Part shown: piece by piece, positions 22,285 to 32,984 of the stretch
Position numbering within the stretch: position 1 is the stretch's first letter
How the letters are laid out: each line of letters begins with the position of its first letter
Assembly: GCA_963712115.1 (NCBI GenBank)
Contig: CAVQGX010000037.1
Location: forward strand, 96,001 to 160,000
Source: an uncultured delta proteobacterium
Lineage (GTDB): Bacteria > Desulfobacterota > Syntrophobacteria > BM002
Direction: 5' to 3'
Length of the DNA: 64,000 nucleotides
Notes under the pieces: model-generated
Told to the model about the DNA's origin: nothing
The model's database searches: none
The model's input: the letters and a program-made list of their open reading frames with translations, nothing else
Translations under genes and position numbers: made by a program

Positions 22285-23604
22285 ATGAATCTATACGATC
22301 TCAGGGATAGTATTGATAGCAATGACGTTGGCAAAGAGATGTACGGGCTCATTGAGGAGCTATATCCTATCTGTAGAAGCATTACAGGAAATGGTGCTCG
22401 ACAAAGTCTAGATATCCTCAAGAAACATGTCCCGTTAACAATCCAAGAAATCCCCACTGGAACTCAGGTCTTCGACTGGACTGTTCCCAGAGAATGGAAT
22501 GTAAAGAATGCCTGGGTCAAGAATTCTAAAGGTGACAAGGTCATTGATTTTCAGGATTCAAATTTACATGTTGTAAATTATAGTGTGCCTATAAGAAAAA
22601 AGATGACTCTAGCCGAGTTGAAGGATCATCTGCACACAATACCTGATTATCCTGACTGGATTCCATATCGAACTTCTTATTACAAAGAGACATGGGGATT
22701 TTGTCTAAGTCACAACCAGTTTTTAAAATTAGAAGATGACGACTATGAGGTGCTAATCGAATCATCACTCAAAGACGGGTATCTTACCTATGGCGAATAT
22801 TATCTTAGTGGTAGAAATGGTGATGAGGTTTTAATATCTTGTCACATTTGTCATCCCTCACTATGTAATGATAATCTTTCAGGCATTGCTGTAAGCACAT
22901 TCCTTGCAAAGTATCTCAGCCCTTTATCACTTAAGTTCTCATACAGGTTTTTGTTCATTCCCGGGACAATAGGTTCAATTACTTGGCTTTCCCTCAACGA
23001 AGCAAAAGTTTCAAAAATAAAGCATGGTTTGGTCCTTGCTGGTGTTGGTGATAGAGGAAGGTATACATACAAAAAGAGCCGACTGGGCAACGCGGAGATA
23101 GACAGGATTGTGATGAATATTTTAAAACATTCCGGAGAAGAAAATAAAGCGATTGATTTTGTCCCATATGGCTATGACGAGCGGCAGTATTGTTCGCCGG
23201 GTTTTAATCTTCCTGTTGGCTGCTTCATGAGAACACCATACGGTGAATATCCAGAATACCATACCTCGGCAGATAATCTTAATTTTGTCCGACCTGGTCA
23301 TCTTTCGGCTTCATTCTCAATACTACTCTCTATTTTGTCGGTAATTGAAAGTAATGATAGGTACCTTAGCTTGAACTCCAAATGCGAGCCTCAACTGGGA
23401 AGAAGAGGATTATATGATCATTTAGGGGGCAGAGCTGATGGCAAGACTAGGCAACTCGCCATGCTCTGGGTATTGAACCTATCTGACGGTAACCACACGT
23501 TGCTGGATATCTCAGACCGGTCAGGTCTTAACTTCAGTCTCATCAAAAATGCTGCAGATATCCTAGCTGACAGCGGACTAATCAGTGTAATGGATAAGAG
23601 ATAA
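22285..23604 (+). CDS. DUF4910 family (M28-like zinc fold with C-terminal winged helix)
   Basis: LYPICRSITGNG, VFDWTVPREW, IPYRTSYY, HICHPSLCNDNLSG, GYDERQYCSPG, EYHTSADN, CEPQLGRRGLY. Confidence 0.88.
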   Translation: MNLYDLRDSIDSNDVGKEMYGLIEELYPICRSITGNGARQSLDILKKHVPLTIQEIPTGTQVFDWTVPREWNVKNAWVKNSKGDKVIDFQDSNLHVVNYSVPIRKKMTLAELKDHLHTIPDYPDWIPYRTSYYKETWGFCLSHNQFLKLEDDDYEVLIESSLKDGYLTYGEYYLSGRNGDEVLISCHICHPSLCNDNLSGIAVSTFLAKYLSPLSLKFSYRFLFIPGTIGSITWLSLNEAKVSKIKHGLVLAGVGDRGRYTYKKSRLGNAEIDRIVMNILKHSGEENKAIDFVPYGYDERQYCSPGFNLPVGCFMRTPYGEYPEYHTSADNLNFVRPGHLSASFSILLSILSVIESNDRYLSLNSKCEPQLGRRGLYDHLGGRADGKTRQLAMLWVLNLSDGNHTLLDISDRSGLNFSLIKNAADILADSGLISVMDKR

Positions 23605-23613
23605 TCTAACACT

Positions 23614-24555
23614 ATGACTGAGAAGGGCAAACACAATATGACGGGTTTCCCACTAGCAGGTCGAAGGATACTTGTTACTGGTGCGAGTGGCTTTATCGGC
23701 TCTCGCCTGTGCCGTCGGCTTCTTCAGATAGGTGCCGCACCACACGGTGTGTCACGTCGAAAACAACCGAATGACATGAACTCTATAACCTGGTGGCAAG
23801 GTGACCTCGCAGAAATCAGCATAGCACGGAATATCATCAGCGAGATAAAGCCCGATATTGTTTTTCATTTGGCCAGCCACGTTGTTGGGGCTCGAGAACT
23901 TGATGTGGTTTTGCCGACGTTCTATTCCAATCTAGCAACCACAATAAATTTACTTACGTTGGCAAGTGAAATTGGTTGCGACCGAATTATCTTGGCTGGC
24001 TCCCTGGAGGAACCAGATGAAACAGATGTTATCGCAACTCCAAGTTCTCCCTACGCTGCTGCAAAATGGGCTTGCAGCGGATACGCTCGTATGTTCCACG
24101 CGCTTTATGAGACGCCTGTGAGTATAGCTCGCCTTTTTATGGTCTACGGGCCAGGGCAACAGGATTTAAGAAAACTCATTCCCTATGTAATTCTTTCACT
24201 CTTACGGGGGGAAGCTCCTGAACTCACCAGTGGTCAACGACAGGTAGATTGGATTTATGTCGATGATGTCGTTGACGGCCTTTTGGCAATGGCGTTAGCT
24301 GCAGACACAGGGGGCCAAAGCATTGAAATAGGTTCGGGAACCCTGGTCTCAATTGCGGAGGTGGTCAGGCAACTTGTTGAGATATTGGACCCGACCATCT
24401 CACCATTGTTAGGGGCTGTCCCAGATAGGCCCATGGAACAGATACGTGCCGCAAATGTTAATGATACTTGCTCAAAGATTGACTGGGTACCCAATACTCC
24501 CCTTGAAGAAGGGCTGCAAAAGACAGTGAACTGGTACAGACAAAGAATAAAGTGA
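23614..24555 (+). CDS. NAD-dependent epimerase/4-reductase (extended SDR)
   Basis: LVTGASGFIG, YAAAK, R.FMVYGPG. Confidence 0.88.
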   Translation: MTEKGKHNMTGFPLAGRRILVTGASGFIGSRLCRRLLQIGAAPHGVSRRKQPNDMNSITWWQGDLAEISIARNIISEIKPDIVFHLASHVVGARELDVVLPTFYSNLATTINLLTLASEIGCDRIILAGSLEEPDETDVIATPSSPYAAAKWACSGYARMFHALYETPVSIARLFMVYGPGQQDLRKLIPYVILSLLRGEAPELTSGQRQVDWIYVDDVVDGLLAMALAADTGGQSIEIGSGTLVSIAEVVRQLVEILDPTISPLLGAVPDRPMEQIRAANVNDTCSKIDWVPNTPLEEGLQKTVNWYRQRIK

Positions 24556-24569
24556 GATAGCAGGAGCCA

Positions 24570-25391
24570 ATGAATAATAGAGTCAACATTATAAAGCCAG
24601 TCACCGGGTGGCAGCTCATCGATTTCAATGAGTTAATACAATATCGTGATTTATTCTATTTTCTGGTCTGGCGTGATATCAAAGTTATGTATGCACAAAC
24701 TATATTGGGTTTTTCCTGGGCCATTCTGCAGCCGCTTATACAAATTGTTATTTTCACTGTTATTTTTGGCAAAGTTGCCAAGTTATCCACAGAGGGTATT
24801 CCATATTTTTTATTTTCGAGTATCGCCATAATCCCTTGGACATACATGGCACAGGCGATGACTCAGTCCAGCCAAAGCCTCGTTTCAGGACAGAATATGC
24901 TGGGGAAGATATATTTTCCGCGGTTGATATTTCCTCTGACCGCCGTCCTGGGCAAACTGGTTGATTTCGGAATTGCGCTCTTGCTGCTACTTGTAATTCT
25001 TGGCGTGTATAGAGTGACTCCGACGCACAAACTGTTATTTCTGCCATTTTTTGCAATCTATATGGTGTGCATTCCTACCGGTGTTGGGCTATGGTTATCT
25101 GCACTAGCTATTCGGTTTCGTGATGTTAAGCACGCCATGGCTTTCGTGATACGGATGCTTATGTATTCAGCCCCAATTGTCTACTCTGCATCCGCGATAC
25201 CTGAAAAATATCGGATCGTGTACTCTTTAAATCCAATTGTTGGAGTCATAGAAGGGTATCGTTCGTGTTTACTCGGGACCTCCTTTGAATGGCAATATAT
25301 CATCCCGGGTATTGTAACTGTGTTCCTATTGCTAATTAGTGGGGCTCTTTATTTTAAGCGCATGGAACACATTTTCGCTGACGTTATCTGA
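24570..25391 (+). CDS. wzm: ABC-2 polysaccharide transporter permease
   Basis: ELIQYRDL.YFLVWRDIKV.YAQT.LG..WAILQP; KIYFPR; FRDV; LNPI; 6 TMs. Confidence 0.92.
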   Translation: MNNRVNIIKPVTGWQLIDFNELIQYRDLFYFLVWRDIKVMYAQTILGFSWAILQPLIQIVIFTVIFGKVAKLSTEGIPYFLFSSIAIIPWTYMAQAMTQSSQSLVSGQNMLGKIYFPRLIFPLTAVLGKLVDFGIALLLLLVILGVYRVTPTHKLLFLPFFAIYMVCIPTGVGLWLSALAIRFRDVKHAMAFVIRMLMYSAPIVYSASAIPEKYRIVYSLNPIVGVIEGYRSCLLGTSFEWQYIIPGIVTVFLLLISGALYFKRMEHIFADVI

Positions 25392-25400
25392 CACTGTGAT

Positions 25401-25568
25401 CTAGCCCGGATATTTCATGAATCACTTACTGAGATTACGGATATGGCCGTCCTTCCAGGCGTCCTCGGGTGTCGGACCCTGCGACGTATCCCGCGTTCCG
25501 CGGGATTGCCCGGTGGCATGCCCATCTTCGTGGTCTCGCGACAGCAATTCATGAAATATCCGGGCTAG
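25401..25568. mobile_element. 168-bp palindromic MITE-like element
   Basis: Perfect 22-bp inverted ends CTAGCCCGGATATTTCATGAAT / ATTCATGAAATATCCGGGCTAG; homologous to 62090-62275. Confidence 0.9.
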
Positions 25569-25588
25569 ATGTTTTTAAAGGAATTGAT

Positions 25589-26902
25589 ATGAGTAGTAAT
25601 GAGACTGCCATCACAGTGGATAACATAAGCAAGTGTTTTCGTATTGGTTTGAAAAATGAAATTCGCGATAGCTTTGCAAGTACCATATTCGACTTCCTCA
25701 AAAGCCCCTTGAAAAACTATCGCAAGTATCGCTCACTTTATAAATTCGACGACCTTGAGATTCAGCACAGGGACTCTCTCAACCAACCCCTGGATCTTAT
25801 TTGGGCCCTCAAAGAGGTATCCTTTGAGGTCAAAAAAGGGGAAGTGCTCGGCGTTATTGGCAGAAACGGAGCAGGAAAATCTACCCTTCTCAAGATTCTG
25901 TGTAAAATCACGACCCCCACATTTGGAAGCGCAGAAATACGTGGTAGGGTTTCCAGTCTTCTTGAAGTAGGGACTGGTTTTCATCACGAACTCACGGGTA
26001 GAGAGAATATATACCTCAATGGGGCTGTACTCGGAATGACAAAGAAGGAGGTGGACCATAAGTTCGATGAGATTGTAGAGTTCTCAGAAGTAGAGAAATT
26101 CATTGACACGCCGGTCAAGCGATACTCCACCGGAATGAGGGTAAGACTAGCCTTTTCAGTTGCGGCACATTTAGAGCCTGAAATCTTGTTAATAGACGAG
26201 GTGCTTGCCGTAGGGGATGACCGTTTCCAGAAGAAATGCCTTGGGAAGATGGATCAAGTGTCAATGGAAGGGAGAACGGTGTTGTTTGTAAGTCATAATA
26301 TGGCGGCTGTCGCCAGATTATGTGATCGTGTTATTCTCCTGGAAAAGGGTCAAGTTGAGCTCAACGCAAATCCGAGCAGTGTTATTTCAGCATATTTGGC
26401 TTACGGAGAAGCCGGTAGCTCAACCTGGTCACCTTCGCCGCCTCTGCCGTCTGATCTTGACGTACGAATCAATCGCGCTCGCATATTGTCACATGACAAT
26501 GATCCAACTTCCTTCGTCAACCCCGACAAGGAATTTAAGGTGGAAATCGCTTATGAGGTGAAAAAATCAGTTACTGATCTTACCATTCTATGTCGATTGA
26601 CAGATATGCAAGGGAACATATTGTGGACATCATGGGACAATGACTCTCCCGAACTGAGAGGCTATGTCAGAGAACCCGGACGCTACTTGTCAATTTGTAA
26701 GATCCCTGGGAACTGGCTCAAACCAGGCAGATATTTCGTGTCCATTAGCGCTTTTATCGTTCATGCTAGACTATTTAGCAACCATGAGAATGTGTTGGCA
26801 TTTGATGTTTCTGACGTAGGTTATAGTTTAAATATGAATCGTATTGGTATAATTACACCAATACTCGAGTGGGAGGTAAAGCGACTAAATGGATCTTTTT
26901 AA
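25589..26902 (+). CDS. wzt: ABC polysaccharide transporter ATPase with Wzt C-terminal domain
   Basis: GRNGAGKST, LLEVGTGFH.ELTGRENI, YSTGM, LLIDEVLAVGD, VSHN; C-terminal beta domain. Confidence 0.93.
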   Translation: MSSNETAITVDNISKCFRIGLKNEIRDSFASTIFDFLKSPLKNYRKYRSLYKFDDLEIQHRDSLNQPLDLIWALKEVSFEVKKGEVLGVIGRNGAGKSTLLKILCKITTPTFGSAEIRGRVSSLLEVGTGFHHELTGRENIYLNGAVLGMTKKEVDHKFDEIVEFSEVEKFIDTPVKRYSTGMRVRLAFSVAAHLEPEILLIDEVLAVGDDRFQKKCLGKMDQVSMEGRTVLFVSHNMAAVARLCDRVILLEKGQVELNANPSSVISAYLAYGEAGSSTWSPSPPLPSDLDVRINRARILSHDNDPTSFVNPDKEFKVEIAYEVKKSVTDLTILCRLTDMQGNILWTSWDNDSPELRGYVREPGRYLSICKIPGNWLKPGRYFVSISAFIVHARLFSNHENVLAFDVSDVGYSLNMNRIGIITPILEWEVKRLNGSF

Positions 26903-27833
26903 AATTCGGCAGAAAATCAAACGTCGGATCAGGCACGAATTGGTGCTGCCACTATGTGCCCCTTATCTGTCCCCAGAACAGGAGGAAAGGTGGGGAAAGG
27001 TAAGTGGTGGGATATTGTCATCGGCTTTTGCTCCCCTTCGAAAATGGCGAGATAGACGTCTGTTCCACCATCATCTGAGGCAGACAGATATATTTCTCGT
27101 TGGACATCCAAAATCGGGAAACACCTGGCTGGCCTACATGCTCGCTGTTGTTCTCTATAGAGACTTCAGCCACCACGTTAATTTAGCGACAATAGGCAAT
27201 TATGTCCCTGTCATTCACGCTAGAGACAGCAAGATTGCTGCCTATACAAATCTTTCAACGCCAAGGGTGTTTAGAAACGAATGGCCAATGTATCCTGATC
27301 TATATCCAAAGATAATATATTTGATAAGGGACCCAAGGTCTGTGCTTGTTTCCTATTATCATATGTACCACACAATTTTTAATGACTTAGAAATGACCAT
27401 GTCAGCCTTCATTAATGAATACCTCTCATACGGGTGTATCAAAAGGTGGGAACCACTCAAACGATGGGACAAACAGGTTATCAAATGGATAGAAAGAGCG
27501 GATAATGACAAACGCGTCCTGATTGTAAAATATGAGGATATGGTGCAGAACAGGTCGAGTGTTTTGCGAAAAATTGTTGATTTTGCAGAGTTGTCATGTT
27601 CTGATGACCTTTTTGCCTTGGCTGAAGCTCGGGGCAGTTTTGAATCTATGAGAGATGATGAGAGCAAACACGGTGCAGAATCTTATATAAGCATGAAAAA
27701 GGGCGGAAGAAAAAGTCGGTTTATTCGCAGCGGCCGAATAAATGGGTGGAAAAAAAGTTTAGATCACCAAGTTGTTGAGCGAATTGAAAACGAGCTTGGG
27801 CCAGCGATGAGGAGAGTCGGCTACTTAGCCTAG
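26889..27833 (+). CDS. Sulfotransferase (SULT-like)
   Basis: 5'-PSB GHPKSGNTW, 3'-PB IRDPRSVLVSYY, VKYEDM, FIRSGRINGWK. Confidence 0.9.
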   Translation: MDLFKIRQKIKRRIRHELVLPLCAPYLSPEQEERWGKVSGGILSSAFAPLRKWRDRRLFHHHLRQTDIFLVGHPKSGNTWLAYMLAVVLYRDFSHHVNLATIGNYVPVIHARDSKIAAYTNLSTPRVFRNEWPMYPDLYPKIIYLIRDPRSVLVSYYHMYHTIFNDLEMTMSAFINEYLSYGCIKRWEPLKRWDKQVIKWIERADNDKRVLIVKYEDMVQNRSSVLRKIVDFAELSCSDDLFALAEARGSFESMRDDESKHGAESYISMKKGGRKSRFIRSGRINGWKKSLDHQVVERIENELGPAMRRVGYLA

Positions 27834-27966
27834 TCTATCGTGGCCTTAAAACTTAGTTCATTATCTGATAGAAATAAGCGAAAATTAAGAATCGATCGAG
27901 AAGATCTGTCCAACAATTTTTCCTTTCTAAAACACCACAACCCCCATCACATAAAAGATCATCAAG

Positions 27967-28746
27967 ATGGCTCTCAGTCAAATGTTAGAAAAATCAATAT
28001 TAATCGTCGCACATCCGGACGACGAAGTTCTATGGTTTAGTTCAATTCTGGACAGGGTGGATGAAATAGTATTGTGTTTTCTGGACTGCAAATCACCCGT
28101 TTGGACTGAAGGCAGAAAACTCGCATTATTGAACCATCCAATTAAAAATCTATCATGTCTTGAAATAGACGAATCAGCGGTCTTTAGTGATTATAACTGG
28201 CACAATCCAGTTATTACGGACTATGGTATAAAGATAAAGGACGAGAATAAGCAAGAAACGCGATATAAACAAAACTTCAACCAACTAAAAAGAAAACTTA
28301 AATTAGCATTGCAAAACTATTCAAATGTAATAACTCATAATCCATGGGGGGAATATGGGAATGAGGAACACATCCAGATATACCGAGCGCTTAACGAATT
28401 ACAACAGATAAATAATTATAATCTCTGGTTCAATAATTACTGTAGCAACAAGTCACTAAAAATAGTGATAGATTACATTGACTTGCTTGATTTTGACTCA
28501 GTGACTTTCAAAACGAATAAAAAACTGTCGAAGAAGATCCAAAGGTTATACCAAAAGTATAACTGCTGGACCTGGTATGATGACTGGCAGGTGTTGGACC
28601 AAGAAACTTTTATTCGAATTGAAACTGATTTGAGAAACGTTGATAAGTACGGGCAAGCTTTTCCATTGAATATTATAAAAGTTGAATTTTCCAATAAGAC
28701 AAAAGAAAAAAAAGGAATTTTTAAGAAGTTGTTGAGAAAAATGTAG
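27967..28746 (+). CDS. PIG-L/LmbE-like N-deacetylase
   Basis: VAHPDDE and THNPWGEYGNEEH motifs; AT-rich. Confidence 0.75.
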   Translation: MALSQMLEKSILIVAHPDDEVLWFSSILDRVDEIVLCFLDCKSPVWTEGRKLALLNHPIKNLSCLEIDESAVFSDYNWHNPVITDYGIKIKDENKQETRYKQNFNQLKRKLKLALQNYSNVITHNPWGEYGNEEHIQIYRALNELQQINNYNLWFNNYCSNKSLKIVIDYIDLLDFDSVTFKTNKKLSKKIQRLYQKYNCWTWYDDWQVLDQETFIRIETDLRNVDKYGQAFPLNIIKVEFSNKTKEKKGIFKKLLRKM

Positions 28747-28967
28747 CAAATAAGAAGCGCTTCTCACACCTTTGATTTGCCTGGATAGATGTATGTCATT
28801 GTATTTAAGAATAGAAGATTTCTGATCTGTTTTTAGTGAAAATATCTATTGCATAAAAATATTAGTTAAAATCTAAGTTTAAAATGGTGTGACTTTGTAA
28901 ATTGAATTCTAATTTATATATTGTTGTATCTTGGTAATTTTTTCTATTTACTCGCTACTATTGTGAA

Positions 28968-30191
28968 ATGATAAAAGAAAGAGTTAAACAGCTTTTAAAG
29001 TCGTTGGGTATCGAAATAAAAAGATATAGGCCTAGATTTAACGAAGGAAAAGTAATTACATTAAAGCCCGAAAACATCTCAAAAGGAAATGTTCTTCTTT
29101 CATACATTATAGAACCGTTTCTTTTAAAAGATGAAGCACTAGTGTCTAACACCCATACTCATGACTGGGAATCCCTCCTGATAGCCAAGACTTTTTTAAG
29201 TTTTGGTTATTCAGTCGATATCATTGACTATCGTGATAAAACTTTTATCCCCAGAAAAGAGTATGCATTTTTCCTTTCTGCTCGCACAAACTTAGAGAGA
29301 ATTGCCAAACTGCTCAGTGAAGATTGTCTGAAAATTGTGCACTTGGACACGTCCCATTGGTTGTTTAATAATACTGCTGTATATTCGCGCTGTTTAGCGC
29401 TGCAAAAAAGGCGAGACATCACTTTAAGAAGTGTAGATCGAAAACTAGTTGAGCCTAATCTGGCCATTGAATATTGCGATTTTGCTACTATTTTGGGAAA
29501 CGATCATACTATCAACACATATGCTTACGCTGACAAAGTAATCTTGCCTTTTTCAGTTCCTACAAGTACTATTTATCCACTTCCGAAAGATAAAGATTAT
29601 GCTGCATGTCGAAAACATTTCCTGTGGTTTGGAAGCGAAGGATTAGTTCATAAGGGACTGGATCTGGTGTTAGAAGTGTTTGTCAACATGCCCGATTATC
29701 ATCTGACTGTTTGTGGCCCTATAGAAGACGAAAAAGATTTTGAAAGTGCTTACTATAACGAACTCTACTCGACTCCAAACATTCACACGGTTGGATGGGT
29801 TGATATTAGTGGTCCTGAATTTCTGGAGATCACTGGATCTTGTATTGGTCTAATATATCCCTCGTGCGCTGAAGGGCAGTCTGGAGCAGTTGCAACCGGC
29901 CTGCAGGCAGGTCTCATACCCATTGTAAGCCGCGAAAGTGGATTCGATGTTGGCGATTTCGGATTTATCTTAAAGGAATGTTCACTCGAGGAGATTAAAA
30001 ACTCGATACAAACAATTTCCAGCCTTTCCTCTAAAGAACTTAAAGTGATGGCCAGAAATACATGGGAGTATGCCAGGCTAAATCACACCCGGGAGACATA
30101 CGCTAAAAACTATCAGAAGTTTGTAGCTAAGATCACAAGCTCTTATTTCAGCAAGGAAGAACTCAAACAAAGTCTTGAGTGCCTGGGCTAG
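28968..30191 (+). CDS. Glycosyltransferase (GT-B/GT4-like)
   Basis: FLWFGS.GLVHKGLDL, IYPSCAEGQSGAV, GLIPIVS. Confidence 0.85.
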   Translation: MIKERVKQLLKSLGIEIKRYRPRFNEGKVITLKPENISKGNVLLSYIIEPFLLKDEALVSNTHTHDWESLLIAKTFLSFGYSVDIIDYRDKTFIPRKEYAFFLSARTNLERIAKLLSEDCLKIVHLDTSHWLFNNTAVYSRCLALQKRRDITLRSVDRKLVEPNLAIEYCDFATILGNDHTINTYAYADKVILPFSVPTSTIYPLPKDKDYAACRKHFLWFGSEGLVHKGLDLVLEVFVNMPDYHLTVCGPIEDEKDFESAYYNELYSTPNIHTVGWVDISGPEFLEITGSCIGLIYPSCAEGQSGAVATGLQAGLIPIVSRESGFDVGDFGFILKECSLEEIKNSIQTISSLSSKELKVMARNTWEYARLNHTRETYAKNYQKFVAKITSSYFSKEELKQSLECLG

Positions 30192-30433
30192 GTCAATAGC
30201 TTGGTTAAGTTCTGCTTCGCTCACTTTCCGCGGGACCCGTTTTAATCAATCCGTGGATGTAGACCAGTCTGACAATTTTGGATAATTTTACTAACTAAGT
30301 GAAAAAGTTTTCTTTTTTTATAGATCTTTTTTCCACAAGCAAAGAAGACACCTTCGATTTTCTGAAATCGTGAATATAACCACCTTAAATCATTAGAAAA
30401 AGATTATGTAATTATTTCAAAAGACTCTTGGTT

Positions 30434-30449
30434 TGGCATGGCACTTGAA
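30434..30449 (+). promoter_or_regulatory. Sigma-54-like -24/-12 element
   Basis: TGGCATG-GCAC-TTGAA, the same GA variant as 6352; AT-rich context upstream of the lipoprotein gene. Confidence 0.45.
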
Positions 30450-30611
30450 TAATATCTGTATAATCGATAAGGCCCATAGTCACATAAAATTTTTATTTTG
30501 ATTATAGATGCAATTTTAATATTTCATCAGAATTATTTTCAAATAACTAAATGCCAGAGGATCTTTGATTTCAAACAATCATAAAATGCTAACACAAAAA
30601 AGGAGGCATCT

Positions 30612-32469
30612 ATGAAAGCATTGATCAAAAGTGATTTTAAACAAATGGTGTTGCGCTTTTTGTTGATAGCGGCTTCGGTGCTCATCTTTTCGCTTATGGG
30701 ATGTGGCGGCGGTGGCAGCAGCAACAACAACGATGGTAATGGGGGTATTACAAACGATCCACCGGTTGCTAATGCTTCTGCCCCTGCAGTTGTGGATGAA
30801 CGGACCCCTGCTGTTACCCTTGACGGCACAGGGAGTACTGATAGTGATGGCAACATTACCAGCTACTCCTGGACTCAGGTTAGTGGGCCTGCGGTTAACA
30901 TTACCAATGCTGATGCTGATGTTGCCCAGTTTGTCGCTCCCGCCGTTTCTGCCCAGACTGAGCTAATCTTCCGTCTCACAGTGACCGACAACGATGGAGC
31001 CAGTGATACCGATGATGTAACTGTCAATGTAGACAATGCTGGCAACCTTTCTGTCTCCGTTGCAGACGCTCCAGACATAGTCGATCTAGAGGTCGAGGGC
31101 GGATTGGACTGGTCTCACTGGGGACTTGATGCAGGCGACCCAGCGAGCTTCAACCAGAAGGCGCCCGGTGGGCTTGCGGCTGATCTCATTGGGAATTATA
31201 CTAGTCTTAGCGCTGGGGCCGCCACCCAGTTTAGCAACGCGCCCATAGGTGTGACCTGGACTAACGGTAGCGATACAGCCACGGTTTCTGATCCGTCGAC
31301 CACCGGACTGTATTTTGTTACTCCAGCCTTAGCAGATGGTGATGGCATTCAGTTAGATATACCTGCCGATGCAGCCGATAAGACTCTAAAGATCTATATT
31401 GGCACCACCTCACTCGAGGGAGAACTCACTGCAACACTGAGTGACGGTACCCCGCCACTGACGGTTACTCTGGATAACACCTTAAATGTAGGCAAGGTGA
31501 GGGTCGTGACGATTGACTTCGGTGCGGCAGCTGACGGCGAACACGCTCACGGTTACCTTCACCCGGTCTGCCGATACGGGAGCAGACGCTGGCGGCGCCA
31601 TCAACTTGGTGGCTGCAACACTCGCTGATGCAACTCCAGGAACGCCTATGATAAGTCGATCTGGAGGCACTTCGGGGTCTGTAGATGTGACCCTGGATAC
31701 TGCCACCTCTGATGCAATTATTCGCTACACCACCAATGGAAACGATCCGGACAGTAATTCCACCCTTTACTCCGGACCATTTACTCTTACTGCCAGCGCC
31801 ACAGTGAAGGCAAGAGCCTTCTTTCCGGGACTCAATCCAAGCGCTGTAGCCACAGCCGACTTCGAAATAGCAAGCGGCGCTGGCAGCCTTGCTGCTTTTG
31901 TTGAAAACGCGCCAGACACAGTCGATCTTGAGGTTGAGGGCGGATTAGACTGGTCTCACTGGGGACTCGATGCAGGCGACCCAACGAGCTTCAACCAGAA
32001 GGCGCCCGGTGGGGTTCCGGCTGATCTCATTGGGAATTATACTAGTCTTAGCGCTGGGGCCGCCACCCAGTTTAGCAACGCGCCCATAGGTGTTACCTGG
32101 ACTAACGGTAGCGATACAGCCACGGTTTCTGATCCGTCGACCACCGGACTGTATTTTGTTACTCCAGGCTTAGGAGATGGTGATGGCATTCAGTTAGATG
32201 TACCCGCCGATGCCGCCGATAAGACTCTAAAGATCTATATTGGCACCACCTCACTCGAGGGAGAACTCACTGCAACACTGAGTGATGGTACCCCGCCATT
32301 GACGGTTACTCTGGATAACACCTTAAATGTAGGCAAGGTGAGGGTCGTGACGATTGACTTCGCTGCGGCAGCTGACGGCAACACGCTCACGGTTACCTTC
32401 ACCCGGTCTGCCGATACGGGAGCAGACGCTGGTGGCGCCATCAACTTGGTGGCTGCAACACTCTTCTAA
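30612..32469 (+). CDS. Secreted lipoprotein: PKD/Ig-like + uncharacterised domain + CHB_HEX_C/FN3-associated + second copy of the domain (1-bp frameshift at 31539)
   Basis: AGGAGG RBS, lipobox SLMGC-GGGGS; PPVANA..VTLDGTGSTDSDG..YSWTQ; IRYTTNG.DP...LYSGP...VKARAF; two copies of DLEVEGGLDWSHWG...INLVAATL. Confidence 0.85.
31038..32463 (+). repeat. ~585-bp near-identical intragenic direct repeat (31038-31623 and 31879-32463)
   Basis: Long exact nucleotide stretches shared; copy 1 has one extra G. Confidence 0.95.
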
Positions 32470-32487
32470 TCTGGCGTCTAGGAGAAG

Positions 32488-32518
32488 GCCACCCGCCGCC
32501 TGAAAGGCGGCGGGTGGC
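32488..32518 (+). other. Strong 13-bp GC hairpin without U-tract (mRNA stabiliser/attenuator)
   Basis: GCCACCCGCCGCC-TGAAA-GGCGGCGGGTGGC, about 20 bp after the stop. Confidence 0.7.
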
Positions 32519-32658
32519 ACATCACCTGATTCTCCTATCGCAACACCAATAATTACACTGCTTCGAGGGCAAAACAATGTCAGTTTTTGCTCTACTGCAA
32601 TATAATATGTTCTTGCTGGGCTTGAAGGTCTATGCAATAAATGTAATAATACGTCCGA

Positions 32659-32868
32659 CTAGCGCACATATTTCATGAATGGTCTAGTGCGACCGCTGAT
32701 ATAACCATCCTCTCGGGCGGCTTCGGGTGTTCCTTCGAGAGGCTCAGGACAAGCTCACCTTGCGACGCACTTTTCAAGTACGCCTCGGATTAGAGTCCCT
32801 GCGGTTAGCCAGTTGCCCACCCATCTATAACGATCTTGTGGTGGCAATTCATGGAATATGCGGGCTAG
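32659..32868. mobile_element. 210-bp diverged MITE-like element of the CTAG family
   Basis: CTAGCGCACATATTTCATGAAT ... ATTCATGGAATATGCGGGCTAG; internal GCGACGCAC..AAGTACGCCT and CTTCGAGAGGCTCAGG. Confidence 0.8.
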
Positions 32869-32984
32869 GAGTGATGAGCTAATGACGGGTTCTGGTCCTT
32901 AGCACAGAAGGAGTGAATGCAACTTTGAACATGCTCCAGGGAGTTTCAATATTTAATGCGGCATATAGGAGAGAAAGGTAGCTA

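Noticed and set aside
25469-25588. 40-aa N-terminal extension of Wzt
   Set aside because: Derived from the MITE; ATG 25589 has an AAGGA RBS and matches normal Wzt starts.
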